DNA of 64,000 nucleotides, taken from NCBI GenBank assembly GCA_964016885.1, contig OZ024747.1, forward strand, positions 28,458,001-28,522,000, read 5' to 3'. The notes beneath the pieces are model-generated. The model saw only the letters and a list, made by a program, of their open reading frames with translations, did not search any database and had not been told where the DNA came from. Below are positions 13,899 through 28,875 of the stretch, piece by piece. Source of the DNA: Eledone cirrhosa (Eukaryota). Numbering within the stretch: the first letter of the stretch is position 1; each line of letters opens with the position of its first letter. A program made the translations under genes and the position numbers.

Positions 13899-13960
<62 letters not shown>

Positions 13961-14054
13961 CATACACACACATATATATACATACATACACATATACATA
14001 TATACACATATCCATACATACACATACACACAAATACAAACAAACACATGTATA

Positions 14055-14105
<51 letters not shown>

Positions 14106-14108
<3 letters not shown>

Positions 14109-14728
14109 GGAGGTGAGTTTTATCGCTAATTTTCAAATTCTTTTAATTTATACATTATCTTCCAACGGTTCTCAACCTCTCTATGTAAAACAATATATCT
14201 TTTCTCAGTTATACAAACTATCTCTTTCTCTCTATCACCCATCTCTCCCTCTCCACCTTCACTCTCATCTCCTCCCCCTTTTTTCATCTTTTCCACCCCC
14301 TCCCCTCCCTAAATAAAATATTTTTTCCTCATACATATCTTTCCCTTCGTTAATTTTCAAATTCTTTTAATTTATACATTATCTTCCAACGGTTTTCAAC
14401 CTCTCTATGTAAAACAATATATCTTCTCTCAGTTATAAAAACTATCTCTTTCTCTCTATCACCCATCTCTCCCTCTCATCTACTCCCCTTTTTCATCCTT
14501 TCCACCACCCCCTCTCTAAATAAAATATTTTTCCCAATATCACACATCAATCTAAAACCACTTTTCATATGTTGATTTAAAACTGCACTATCCACAAGTG
14601 TTTTTTAGCCTTCATATCATGTTCTCCTGTTTTATCTGATGAAAACACAAATATTATTGCATGATGATGTTTGTTTTTGAAATGCGCATAATAAAATACA
14701 TGGAACTCCTTTAACCATCTTTTGATCT

Positions 14729-14734
<6 letters not shown>
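14106..14734 (+). mobile_element. PLE family C pseudo-LTR with ~210-bp internal duplication
   Basis: Homologous to 21350-21773; 14129-14330 is repeated at 14351-14535. Confidence 0.8.
14628..14698 (+). ncRNA. Type I hammerhead ribozyme (family C)
   Basis: TGTTTTAT-CTGATGA-long stem II-GAAA-TGCGCA-TA-ATAAAATA. Confidence 0.82.
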
Positions 14735-14797
<63 letters not shown>

Positions 14798-15300
14798 TAA
14801 ACGGAATAGAAAATGCTGACAAATTGTTCACAGTGAAAAATAGTTTAATTAGGAATAAGTGAGAATTAGTAATAGTATTGATTGGTATTCAGTTTTGGTT
14901 TTTAGTTTTACCGGTTGCGCATTTCTAATGCTTTTCAAAAATAATTTTGAGATAGAGCGTCCGTGATGTTTGCTCTGATCTGATTAGTTTTGGGAATTCT
15001 ACCTGTTTTTATGTTAAAAAAGTGGCTCCAGCGGTATTAAAATAAGTTTTGCGCTAATTCGTGTTGCAAAAATTCTTGTGGTCAAAACAATTTTGATTGG
15101 TCGGTAGAGGTCATGTGAATGTAAAAAATTGATTTTGCGCCAAATGTAGGTTTGTGTCGACTGACTGAGAAATAAGTCTTTCACAACAAATATGTGTGTG
15201 TGTGTAGTAGTAGTAAAGAGGTTCGTTGTTGTGATAATGGTCAGCAGGGATGTGTGTGCGAACCGCAGCCTGTTGACAGTTCAAATGCCTGTTAAGACAA

Positions 15301-15334
<34 letters not shown>

Positions 15335-15441
15335 CAGAGTAATTCGTGGTAGAGGGATGGTCAGTAGGAATGTGTCTGTAAGTGTGTGGAGGATATTTTA
15401 ACATGTTAAAAGATATTTTTCAGCTCTTGTCTTATACGGAG

Positions 15442-15518
<77 letters not shown>

Positions 15519-15916
15519 TCTTTGTATGTTAATGTACGCGTGTGTATGTGTGTGTGTGTATATATGTGTGTGTGTGTGTGAGAGAGAATGTGGGGGGGGG
15601 GACCAGTATTTTTTTCTGGTAAAATGGTGTACATTATTCGATATTTTCAGTAAAATCGATTCTCTCAATAAAACATCAAAAACCTTAATAATAAAAGGTG
15701 TGAAATGATATATAGTATTGGCATAATACCAAGGTGTGTGTGAGTGTGTCCAGATTGTACGTACTGCAAGGGGAATTCATTAGGCCTTGCCGTATTGGAA
15801 TACCTGTGCACAAATATGTATGTGCCCATCAGTGTGCAATGCATGTGTGCGTTTATGTATGTGTGTGTGTCGGCATGTTTATATCTATAGACATCAAAAG
15901 GTATGCATATACATTT

Positions 15917-16005
<89 letters not shown>

Positions 16006-16446
16006 TTCTTACATATACGCACACATATAATCATACATATATACACACGTACATACACACACATACATACACACATATATACACGCATACATACGCACAC
16101 ACATATATAGATATATGTACACACATCTACATACGCACACAAATTAATTATAAGAAAAAAAAATAATAATAAATAAAAATAAAAAACAATGGACAACCAT
16201 ATGATGCAAAAGGCCGTCACATCAAAATAAAAATAAAAAATAAAAAATATACGACTTAAGAAAATAAAAATAAAAATTATTATAAAGTTGACAGCGATAC
16301 AGGAAAGGACACAAATAAATAAACAAACACACGTGGTAAGCAATACACACATTTACACATACACATACATACATATAAATATATACACACATACACACAC
16401 GTATACATATACATATATATATATATACATACATACATACATATAT

Positions 16447-16496
<50 letters not shown>

Positions 16497-16499
<3 letters not shown>

Positions 16500-16688
16500 C
16501 CAGTAAGACCCCGACAGCTGAGCTCAAGCTGTTTCGACGGCTAATTCTGTCCAGAATTAGCCGTCGAAACGGCTTGAGCTCAGCTGTCGGGGTCTTACTG
16601 GTTCCTATTACCCACTCTACTACCTCAAGTATTGAGTACTTTGGTGCGTTATGGTCCACCTGGTTCCTTACCACATTTCCTTCGTTAT
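16497..16688. repeat. Family G copy with 108-bp palindrome (16497-16604)
   Basis: 53-bp arms, 2-nt loop, one mismatch; flanked by (TA)n. Confidence 0.85.
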
Positions 16689-16711
16689 ATATATATATAT
16701 ATATATATATA

Positions 16712-17534
16712 TTCGTTTGATTTGTCCAGGTGTACTTTTCTCAACCTGATTAGTTCTTTGGTATATATTGTGTGTTAGTTTCGCCTACCACAATGTTCGA
16801 TTTGTCAAGCTATTTAAACGTATGTTATTACTCTAAGGTCCTATCTTATCGAGTGCTTTGCTAACTTATCATTCCATATAAGTAGGCCGTATTTACTTGC
16901 AAACCGCCAGAGATTCGATTTTACTGATTTCCAATTATATTATTCTCCTAGATTTAATAATTAACTAATTAATTTAATTAGACAATTCTGTTGATTGGTT
17001 AATTATTTGTGTTTGTTTTATAACATCTAGTTGAGAGCTTATCATGATGATTAGCGGAAATTAAAATATTTCCTTTCGCTAGCATTTTGAATGACCCGCC
17101 TAAAACCGGGGGTTATTTCCCTTGCCGGAATTAACACGTGATAACTATAGATACGATTAGCAGCCGCATGGAGCAGCAACATATAATTTATCACTACACT
17201 CCTAGGCAGAACGAAATACTTGTTGATAAACTGAATCCTCCGTTCGATCACCAATACCATGAGCTTGCCATTCACGTAAGTCTGATATTTGATTTCGGAT
17301 TCAAAGAAACATTTTAAACGATTGTTCGTTTGATTTGTCCAGGTGTACTTTTCTCAACCTGATTAGTTCTATCCTTGCTTTGGTATATATTGTGTGTTAG
17401 TTTCGCCTACCACAATGTTCGATTTGTCAAGCTATTTAAACCTATGTTATCGAGTGATTTGCTAACTCATCATTCCATATAAGTAGACCGAATTTACTTG
17501 CAAACCGCCAGAGATTCGATTTTACTGATTTCCA

Positions 17535-17536
<2 letters not shown>
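16712..17536. mobile_element. Non-coding ~613-bp unit with terminal direct repeats (family H)
   Basis: 16712-16935 is repeated at 17325-17536; (TA)n on both sides. Confidence 0.75.
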
Positions 17537-17604
<68 letters not shown>

Positions 17605-17613
17605 CACCACACA

Positions 17614-17714
<101 letters not shown>

Positions 17715-17834
17715 GAAAAGTATAGAAATATTGTAGCGAGAAGCTAACAGTATTCCATAATATATAATATATATAATAATATATATACATATATATATAA
17801 TATAAGATCAAAAGATGGTTAAAAGAGTTCCATG

Positions 17835-17905
17835 TATTTTATTATGCGCATTTCAAAAACAAATATCATCATGCGATAACATTTGCGTTTTCGTCAGATA
17901 AAATA
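17835..17905 (-). ncRNA. Type I hammerhead ribozyme (family C)
   Basis: TATTTTAT-CTGACGA-stem II-GAAA-TGCGCA-TA-ATAAAATA. Confidence 0.85.
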
Positions 17906-19133
17906 GGGAGACATGATATGAAGGTTAAAAAACACTTGTGAATAGTGCAGTTTTAAATCAACAAATGAAAAGTAGTTTAAGATTGATGTGTGATATTGGG
18001 AAAAAAATGAGGAGGGGATGGGTGGAAAGGATGAAAAAGAGGAGGAGATGAGAGTAAAGAATGGAGGGGAGAAGTATAATAAGGAAGCATGAGATAGGAG
18101 GAGAAATGGGTGATAGAAAAAGAGAGATAGCCTTTATAACTGAGAAAAATATATTGTTTTACAGAGAGGTTAAAAAGCCGTTGGAAGATAATATATAAAT
18201 TAAAAGAATTTGAAAATTAATGAAGAGAAAAAATTAAGAATAATGTTAAATTAAGGTTTGTATATTGAAGGGTTTAATAATATGTGCGATGAAAAGAAAT
18301 TGTTAATATGTATTAAGAATAATATTAAATTAAGGTTTGAATATTGAAGGGTTTAATAATATGTGCGATGGAAAGAAATTGTTGATATGTATTATTAAAA
18401 TAAAAATATTAATGTTATTAAGGATATAATGTGAAAAGAAATAGAAGAGTGGATGAATTATGAATTTAGAGGAATTAGTTAGTGTTTAAGTTTGTTTTTA
18501 TGTAATGTAATATGTATGTGTAATATATGTAAATAGTTTGTTTACAAATGAGCGCAGAAAGCAAAGAAGGAGATAGTGTTTAAGGAAGAGAAGACTAACA
18601 TCAAAATATGTATGTTTATGAAGTATTTCCTAATGGTAATAATATAATGTAATAAAGGAGATTAGTTAGGGTTTAAGTTTGTTTTTATGTATTGTGATGT
18701 GTAATATGTAAAAGTTAGACGAGCATGAAAGGGAGAGAAAAAATAAGGAATTGAGGATGAATAATCTAACGCCCCAAAAAATGTTTATGTTTACGAAGGA
18801 TTTTTAAAGGTGATACTATAAAGTATTTAAGAGGGTAATAGTAAGTTTTATGGCCAGTGATGGAAGAAGGAAGAGTGTATATATTGTGGTGAGTAATAAT
18901 GAGAATTGAGAAGTATCTAGGAAGAAAAGGTACAGATTAGAGGTTAGAAATTAAAAGAAAAAAGGAAGAAAGGGAAGTGATAAATAGGAATTATATAGAA
19001 TGAGAAACTAGTATTATATAATGTATAATAAATAACATTGAAATAAGGTAGAAAGATGGGTATATTTTTAAAGAAATATATATATATATATGCCTTTGAG
19101 AAAAAGGATTTTAAATTGGTAAAGTATTAGATA

Positions 19134-20796
19134 TTAGCTGTATACTTTATGGAATGTTGTATGGAATTTATGCAAGCAGAGAGAAAATAAGTCAGTGTAT
19201 CTATTTATTATAGAATCTAAATTAGATATAACGGTTAATTTCTCACATAAACAGAGGTTACATGTTTTGGATAGAGAGGCATTCAAGTATGGAGAGGCAG
19301 AACAAACTTTCCTCCAAGAGATGTTATAGTTAATATTTTTGTCTTTCAAGGACCATATGAGTTCTGAGAGTGCCGTGTTGGTTCTTTTAAGTTGGTATTT
19401 AAAAGACGAATGATGATTATAAAGACGAGCTTTAAAGGAGGTGGAAGTGGAGCCAAAATAGGTAAAGGAATTGGTGTCAGTTATCACTTTACATTCATAG
19501 ATTAAGTTTTTTTCAAGACAATGGTTGTTGAGAGGACATTTATTTTTAACAGGGCAATTACAATTGCGATTAGAGAAATTAACAGAGTTATTAACAAGTG
19601 ACCTAGTGTTATCTATAGGAGGAATTGGATTGGAGAAGTTATTTACGATAGGAATAATAGTTTCTTGATTTAGATTGGGATTAAGAACATTTAACGAAGT
19701 TGCGTTTGATGTCGTATTTGGGTTTGCAGAAATTAGCCTAGAGTTTACAATGACGTCGGGAGTACTATTGCTATTATTATGATATTTAGTGTTGGAAGGA
19801 AGAGATTTAGTATTTAGTATTTTATTGTTATGTTTAGAGATAATGTTGAAGATGTTGGAGGAGGTCGAATAGGAAAATTTTATAGTATGTTTGTTAAATA
19901 TTTTACTATAGATATGTGAGGGAGGGAAGCATTTATTTAAGGCACTAAAGAATAATTTAGGAATATTATTATTAATAGAGATGGAGAAAGGAGCATTATA
20001 CCAGATTATATTTTTGTATCTAGGTCTTTTATTAAAGTTATTGGAATGATCATGATTAATTATTTTATTGTAAGATCTTCTAGGATTGGTTTCTTTACTG
20101 TATTTGATTTTATCAGGATAACCGGCTTTAGAAAGCGCGTTATTATAGTAATTGGCGTTAGCATCAAAGATGTTTTTATTAGATGATAGGTTTGATATTC
20201 TTTTTCCAATATAGCATTTTTAATGTTAGTGGGGTGGTTAGATTTAAAATTAACATAATTTAGATTCTCATTGTTTTTATGGTAAGGGTAATATAGGCCA
20301 GTGTCAAGATTAAGAGATATATCCAAGAAGTTAGCTAGTTTAATGTTGTTATCAAATTCAATTTTTAAGTTATGTTGGTTAAAGAGATCACGTATATTGT
20401 TCTTAATAATATTAAGGTTAACTATGTTGCAATTGAAGATAGTAAAGAGTCCATCGTCCCGATAAATTCCACCGCGAAGTTGAGGAATTTTCCGATTCAA
20501 AGAGTTCAAAATAAAGATACCAATTAAATCTGTTAATTGGGATGAATCGGATGCACCCATTGTAATGTCAAAGTTGTTGGAGGTATCAGCTCTGGTCCAG
20601 TATTCATTGTTGAATTCTAAGATGGTTTTACGTGCGGTGAGAATGGTGTGAAGTTCATCTGTGGTGATGTCTGAATATTTATAAGCGAAAGATAGAACAT
20701 TGTTGAGAAGTGAGGGCGAAATAGAAGAATAGTAGCTGGCAATATCAAATTGAATAAATTTTTGTTTGTTTTTCTTATTCAATTTGTTGAACCACT
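19134..20796 (-). pseudogene. PLE RT + C-terminal GIY-YIG, 5'-truncated, frameshifted near 20200
   Basis: FDIASYYSSI, MGASDS, YRDD, FLDI, SNHP; NCNCPVKNKCPLNNHCL, LIYEC..TYFGST, CNLCLCEK (possibly Hydra clade; inference). Confidence 0.9.
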
Positions 20797-21664
20797 ATTA
20801 CCCTCTTAAATACTTTATAGTATCACCTTTAAAGTATCACCTTTAAAAATCCTTCGTAAACATAAACATTTTTTTGGACGTTAGATTATTCATCCTCAAT
20901 TCATTCTTTTTTTTCTCCCTTTCATGCTCGTCTAACTTTTACATATTACACATCACAATACATAAAAACAAACTTAAACCCTAACTAATCTCCTTTATTA
21001 CATTATATTATTACCATTAGGAAATACTTCATAAACATACATATTTTGATGTTAGAGTCTTCTCTTCCTTAAACACTATCTCCTTCTTTGCTTTCTGCGC
21101 TCATTTGTAAACAAACTATTTACATATATTACACATACATATTACATTACATAAAAACAAACTTAAACACTAACTAATTCCTCTAAATTCATAATTCATC
21201 CACTCTTCTATTTCTTTTCACATTATATCCTTAATAACATTAATATTTTTATTTTAATAATACATATCAACAATTTCTTTCCATCGCACATATTATTAAA
21301 CCCTTCAATATACAAACCTTAATTTAACATTATTCTTAATTTTTTCTCTTCATTAATTTTCAAATTCTTTTAATTTATATATTATCTTCCAACGGCTTTT
21401 TAACCTCTCTGTAAAACAATATATTTTTCTCAGTTATAAAGGCTATCTCTCTCTTTCTATCACCCATCTCTCCTCCTATCTCATCCTTCCTTATTATACT
21501 CCTCCTCCATTCTTTACTCTCATCTCCTCCTCTTTTTCATCCTTTCCACCCCAGCCCCCTCATTTTTTCCCCAATATCACACATCAATCTTAAACTACTT
21601 TTCATATGTTGATTTAAAACTGCACTATTCACAAGTGTTTTTTAACCTTCATATCATGTCTCCC

Positions 21665-21735
21665 TATTTTATCTGACGAAAACGCAAATGTCATCGCATG
21701 ATGATATTTGTTTTTGAAATGCGCATAATAAAATA
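21665..21735 (+). ncRNA. Type I hammerhead ribozyme (family C)
   Basis: TATTTTAT-CTGACGA-AAACGCAAATGTCATC gcat GATGATATTTGTTTTT-GAAA-TGCGCA-TA-ATAAAATA. Confidence 0.85.
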
Positions 21736-21840
21736 CATGGAACTCTTTTAACCATCTTTTGATCTTATATTATTTATACTCCAGTCCTACAAACTGTAGA
21801 GTGCTACTTATCCGATATCTGCATTGCTTTATTATACTAC

Positions 21841-23455
<1,615 letters not shown>

Positions 23456-23459
23456 TATA

Positions 23460-23712
23460 TATATATAAGAAAATAAAAATAAAAACCAATGGACAACCAT
23501 ATGATGCAAAAGGCCGTCACATCAAAATAAAAAATAAAAATATACGACTTAAGAAAATAAAAATAAAAATTATTATAAAGTTGACAGCGATACAGGAAAG
23601 GACACAAATAAACAAACACACGTGGTAAGCAATACACACATTTACACATACACATATAAATATATACATACACACACACAACACACCCAACTACACACCC
23701 ACATACACACAT
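23460..23712 (-). mobile_element. Family B upstream block
   Basis: Near-identical to 16170-16400. Confidence 0.75.
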
Positions 23713-23728
23713 ATATATATATATATAT

Positions 23729-24802
23729 TTCGTTTCTGAATTTCTTTAGCAAGATTCTTTATCTGAAAACGTGTGTTGAAACCGATATTGTTATACTTTG
23801 GGAGGGTCATGTTGCCAATAAGAAACACACGCACCAGTTGCTTTCACTTCAATTTATTATAATAAATTTATAAATTTAGGAATTTATAAATTTCCGGTTG
23901 GTTGGTTGGTTCCACAACCAGATGGTTGTTTATATATTGTCAAAGTTCTTTCGTCACACATTCTGTGACCTCTTCAGTGACTGGGGATTCTTTTCTTTGT
24001 TTTTGTGCCTCTCCTTTGTTCTGTCCTACTCCATTTTGTTTCTGTGTGTGTGTTGTGTGCTCAGTCTGCGCATGCGCCACATCTGGGTGTCTGTGTGTGT
24101 TTATATTCGTTTATTTATTTGTTTATTTACATGTTACTGGTTGGTTGTTTGTTTTATGTGCGTGTGTGTTTTCATTTTGTCCTTAATTGTAAGTTGTGAT
24201 GTTGCTGTTCCACTCATGTTTTCTATTTAATTTTGGTTGTAATTCTTTTATGTTTATTGCCTCTGTGATTTGTCTAAACATTGCGTCTTTTCTGTGTGTA
24301 GATTCTATTTTTATTTCTATGTTCTCTAATTTACCCTTATGTTCTATTTTAGGATGTTGGTAGAGTACAGATGATTCTTTACTATCTTGAAGGTCTCGCC
24401 AGTGTTCATTTATCCGTTCCCCTACACTACGAGCTGTCTCACCTATGTACACTATATTTTTGTCTCTACATTGTCCTTCAGTACATCTTATGCTATACAC
24501 TACATTTCTAGTTTTACAGTTAATATGGGGGCTTAATTTACAGGTTATACATTTCTTATCTATACAGGGGGGTCTTTGAAAAGGGTATGTCTTGCTAATA
24601 AGTGTTTTTACGGAGGTACCTGGTCTTTCTACTATCTTAATATTGAGTTTATGTTTATTTAGGGCCCTTCTAAATTTGTAAGCTAATTCACCTCTAGGGG
24701 TTGTATCGATGAACATTACACTCTGGTATTTATTGCTATCATACCATGAGTTTATTCTATTAGCCTTATTCCTAGTTCTTTCTATTCAAAGTATAACAAT
24801 AT
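23729..24802 (-). mobile_element. PLE family A relative: GIY-YIG (ORF 24183-24786), pLTR and 16-bp inverted second arm
   Basis: CIDKKCITC, NVVYSIRC..VYIGETARSVGERINEH; CAAAGTATAACAATAT at 24787-24802 inverts 23785-23800. Confidence 0.92.
23939..23981 (-). ncRNA. Minimal hammerhead ribozyme (family A type)
   Basis: GTCA-CTGAAGA-G-GTCACA gaatg TGTGAC-GAAA-GAAC-TT-TGAC. Confidence 0.75.
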
Positions 24803-24927
24803 ATATATATATATATGTATTAAAATAACAGATTAATATTTGCTCTACGGTTCTTATATATTTGATATATATTTATCCTTATCGAGCCCTCTTTGGATTT
24901 TAGTCATCAAATTTATTATTATTGCTA

Positions 24928-25009
<82 letters not shown>

Positions 25010-25017
<8 letters not shown>

Positions 25018-25927
25018 TAGCTGTGGTTCATCCGAATCATTGAGCACTTTGCCACACATCTCGGAGATTGTTTTTCGTTATTTCGTGGGCCGAAGTTGCG
25101 ATTCTCGATAATTTTATTTGTATTTTTCTCCAGACTCTAGCTATTGATCAGTTAATTTTATTGATTTTTTAGTTGATTCTATTGACTGATGAATAGCTTA
25201 TGTTAACTTTAACCCTTCTGTTGAGAACTCTAATTCGATTTGTGATATTTTGCATTCTTGCAATAATATACACAACTGAATTCATTCGCCTAATATAGGG
25301 ATTGCCTCCCTTGCTGATCCCCACGTGGGCTCAGCAACAGTCTTCCCCTGTATTACTGAACTAAAAGCCTGTTGAAAAAGCGACTTTCTTGTTCATCATC
25401 TTACCAGAAGCCTGACATTATTTATGTAGGTGGATTGGCAGTATCGGTAGAGGGTCGGAAGCCATGCTTTCCAGCATAGTTACGTCCCTTTACCATCTGA
25501 GTTCAAATCCCGCCGAGGTTGACTTTGCCTTTCATCCTTACGGGGTCGATAAAATAAAGTACCAGTAATGCACTGGTAATTGCTGGCCTTGTGCCTAAAG
25601 TAGAAACAATTATTTATGTAGGCGGACGGTACCTGATTTCGGAGTCGCAGAAACCCAAATGCTGGATTTTACCATCATTCCAGGGGTCCGGGTAAATTTT
25701 TCAATCATGTATATTTTTATTTGTTTGACCCGAATTACTTGATCGTTTTTTTTGGGGCTGTGCGAATGATTGTTTAACCATCGTCTCAGTGTGTTTTGTA
25801 TTAAACGTTAGTTATAGCTCTGGTTCATCCGAACCATTGAGCACTTTGCCACACATCTCATAGATTGTTTTTCGTTATTTCGTGGGCCGAAGTTGCGATT
25901 CTCGATAATTTTATTTGTATTTTTATT

Positions 25928-25932
<5 letters not shown>
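25010..25932. mobile_element. Family H unit (~605 bp after removing the SINE) with terminal direct repeats
   Basis: 25011-25126 is repeated at 25808-25923; collinear motif blocks shared with 16712-17536. Confidence 0.72.
25431..25608 (+). mobile_element. Young tRNA-derived SINE with 14-bp TSD
   Basis: TSD ATTATTTATGTAGG at 25417-25430 and 25609-25622; near-identical to 42612-42798. Confidence 0.9.
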
Positions 25933-25985
<53 letters not shown>

Positions 25986-26081
25986 AATGAAGTAATTCCG
26001 TCGGAAAAGTCCAGGAAAAAAGAGTGCTCTATGTAGGTAACAGAGCTTAATAGTTATGTAATAAACAACATAAGGCAATTA

Positions 26082-26142
26082 TTTCATTTACCAGTGGTTT
26101 CTTAAAAGCAAAAGAATTTTGCTTTCAATCATCAGAATGAAA
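26082..26142 (-). ncRNA. Type I hammerhead ribozyme (family B)
   Basis: CTGATGA..GAAA-CCACTGG-TA, stem I TTTCATT/AATGAAA. Confidence 0.85.
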
Positions 26143-26584
26143 AAATCCTGGTGTATTTATTTGTGCATGCGCATGTATGCGTGTATATTTATGTGTGTAT
26201 GTATGTGTATGTATGTACGTGTGTATATACGTATGATTGTGTGTATGTATGTATGTGTATGTATATATGTATGCATATGTATGTGTATGTGTATATATAT
26301 ATGTGTGTGTATGTGTATGTATGGATATGTTGATATTTATGTGTGTATGTATATATATACACATATATATGTGTGTGTGTGTATATGTGTGTGTGTGTAT
26401 ATGTGTGTGTGTATGTATGTGTGTATGTATATATATATGTGTATGTATATAATTGTGTGTGTGTGTGTGTTTGCATGTGTGTTTTTATTTTATTTTTCCT
26501 TTCCTTCTTCCTTTTCCAGCCTCACTTTCATATAGATTGCATTTTTGTTTTTAAAATCCAACGCCAATAAATACACCAGGATTT

Positions 26585-26645
26585 TTTCATTCTGATGATT
26601 GAAAACAAATTTTTTTTGCTTTTAAGAAACCACTGGTAAATGAAA
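26585..26645 (+). ncRNA. Type I hammerhead ribozyme (family B)
   Basis: CTGATGA..GAAA-CCACTGG-TA, stem I TTTCATT/AATGAAA. Confidence 0.82.
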
Positions 26646-26670
26646 TAATTGCCTTATGTTGTTTATTACA

Positions 26671-26769
<99 letters not shown>

Positions 26770-27237
26770 GTGTGTATATATATATATGTGTATATATGTA
26801 TGTATATATATATATATGTATATGTGGGTGGGTGTGTGTGTATGTATATATTTATATGTATGTATGTGTATGTGTAAATGTGTGTATTGCTTACCACGTG
26901 TGTTTGTTTATTTATTTGTGTCCTTTCCTGTATCGCTGTCAACTTTATAATAATTTTTATTTTTATTTTCTTAAGTCGTATATTTTTTATTTTTTATTTT
27001 TATTTTGATGTGACGGCCTTTTGCATCATATGGTTGTCCATTGTTTTTTATTTTTATTATTATTTTTTATTATAATTAATTGTGTGTGTGCGTATGTAGG
27101 GGTGTGTACATATATCTATATATGTGTGCGCGTATGTATACGTGTATATATGTCTGTATGTATGTGTGTGTATGTACGTGTGTATATATGTATGATTATA
27201 TGTGTGTATATGTATGTATATATATATATATATATAC

Positions 27238-27280
<43 letters not shown>

Positions 27281-27310
27281 TATTTTCTCTACCTTTCATT
27301 TATATATATA

Positions 27311-27369
<59 letters not shown>

Positions 27370-27375
<6 letters not shown>

Positions 27376-27924
27376 GTTAAAGTGTACATCTACATATGTA
27401 TACACACATGTATACATATGTACATGTACCGAGTTTTTCACTAGACACTTTACAGTGAGTGTCCAGCTAGTCTGTATGTAAACAAACAGACGAACCGGGT
27501 TTTAAAGTCATACGAGTTTTCAAGGAAACACACTTCCTCTATTCTCCAGAGAGCCAGACAGGAATATTGGACTAGTTTCGATGTTATTACATCTCATCAG
27601 CAATATATACCTATCTTCCGGCTTCTCTGGAGAATTGTAAAAGCACATATCGTTATATGCTTTTTCTATGAAAATCAGTAGTGGGCAGACTAATTTGCAT
27701 AGAACGTGAGTCATTATACGCACCGGTTCAGCGGAAACGATAAAAACAAATAACGAAACGAAATTAAATTTCGTTTCGCTTCTAACTCACTTTTGTACAT
27801 ATGTATACATGTGTGTATTTATATGCATACTAGTACTTCCGTATACATATGTAGATGTACACTTTAACTTAATTGTTTAAGCGTCAGCCATACAAAAGTG
27901 AGTTAGAAGCGAAACGAAATTTAA
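27370..27924. mobile_element. Retrozyme-like non-coding HHR element, family F (minus arm 27370-27797, plus arm 27794-27924)
   Basis: Canonical HHR, no ORF; plus arm reads across the end-to-start junction of the unit. Confidence 0.75.
27564..27606 (-). ncRNA. Canonical type I minimal hammerhead ribozyme (GUC site)
   Basis: ATATTG-CTGATGA-GATGT aata ACATC-GAAA-CTAG-TC-CAATAT; stems I and II perfectly paired, palindromic stem III. Confidence 0.92.
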
Positions 27925-28017
27925 CAGAGATTGCATGTCTTGGATAGAGAACTTTTTAAGTATGGAGAAGCAGAACAAACCTTCTTCCAAGAGATGTTAT
28001 AGTTAATATTTTTGTCT
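27925..28017 (-). mobile_element. GIY-YIG fragment of a family C-like PLE
   Basis: Similar to 19251-19343 (DKNINYNISW..SASPY..SKTCNLC). Confidence 0.8.
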
Positions 28018-28360
28018 ACAATAAAATAATATTATTGTACTACACATTATATATATATATATATATACATGTGTGTGTGTTTGTGTGTATGTGTATGTAT
28101 GGATATGTGTATATATGTATGTATATATATATATATATATGTGTGTGTGTATGTATATGTATATATATATATATATATATGTGTGTATGTATGCGTGTAT
28201 GTATATGTGTGTGTGCGTGTGTGTGTGTATGTGTGTGCATGTGTGTTTATCTACTTTTATATTTATTCGGTTTCCTTTCCTTCTTCCTTTTCCAGCGTCA
28301 CTTTCATATAGATTATATTTTTGTTTTTAAAATCCACTGTCAATAAATACACCAGGATTT

Positions 28361-28421
28361 TTTCATCCTGATGACTGAAAGCAAATTTTGTTTGCTTTTA
28401 AGAAACCACTGGTAAATGAAA
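28361..28421 (+). ncRNA. Type I hammerhead ribozyme (family B)
   Basis: CTGATGA..GAAA-CCACTGG-TA; one stem I mismatch. Confidence 0.8.
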
Positions 28422-28514
28422 TAATTATCTTATGTTGTTTATTACATAACTATTAAGCTCTGTAACCTACATAGAGCACTCTTTTTTCCTGGACCTTTCC
28501 GAGAGAATTACTTC

Positions 28515-28517
<3 letters not shown>

Positions 28518-28567
<50 letters not shown>

Positions 28568-28840
28568 ATATATATATATAATATATATATAATATATATA
28601 TATAAATATAATATATATATATATATAATATATATATAATATATATATATATATAATATATATATATATATATAATATATATATATATATAATATATATA
28701 TATTATATATTATATATATATATATATCGTTTATATATTATAATATATATATATCGTTTATATATATATATTATATATATATATATTATATATATATATA
28801 TATTTATTATATTATATATATATATATATATTTATTATAT

Positions 28841-28875
<35 letters not shown>

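Larger units (their letters stand above)
13683..16495 (-). mobile_element. PLE-type family B copy split by nested insertions (13683-14050 and 16010-16495)
   Basis: The two parts mirror 28060-28453 and 26860-27215; 26165-26677 shows the adjoining blocks contiguous. Confidence 0.7.
17797..21840. mobile_element. Penelope-like element family C: long minus arm 17797-20796 and inverted plus arm 20795-21840
   Basis: ~1-kb inverted repeat (17797-18841 vs 20795-21773), RT+GIY-YIG, HHR in both arms, (TA)n flanks. Confidence 0.95.
25986..26677. mobile_element. Family B inverted pair (25986-26161 minus with tail; 26162-26677 plus)
   Basis: 26050-26161 inverts 26566-26677. Confidence 0.85.
26757..28517 (+). 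mobile_element. Family B copy split by nested inserts (26757-27230 and 28050-28517)
   Basis: Mirror of the 13683-16495 arrangement; ends with HHR and ~64-nt tail. Confidence 0.7.

Noticed and set aside
14793-15900. Unassigned inserts with GAAATGCGCA on the minus strand near 14916-14925
   Set aside because: No valid HHR core or recognisable ORF; probably decayed repeat, not classifiable by eye
19134-20796. Naiad-type selenoprotein PLE
   Set aside because: The endonuclease is C-terminal and the interruption is a frameshift, not in-frame TGA at Cys positions
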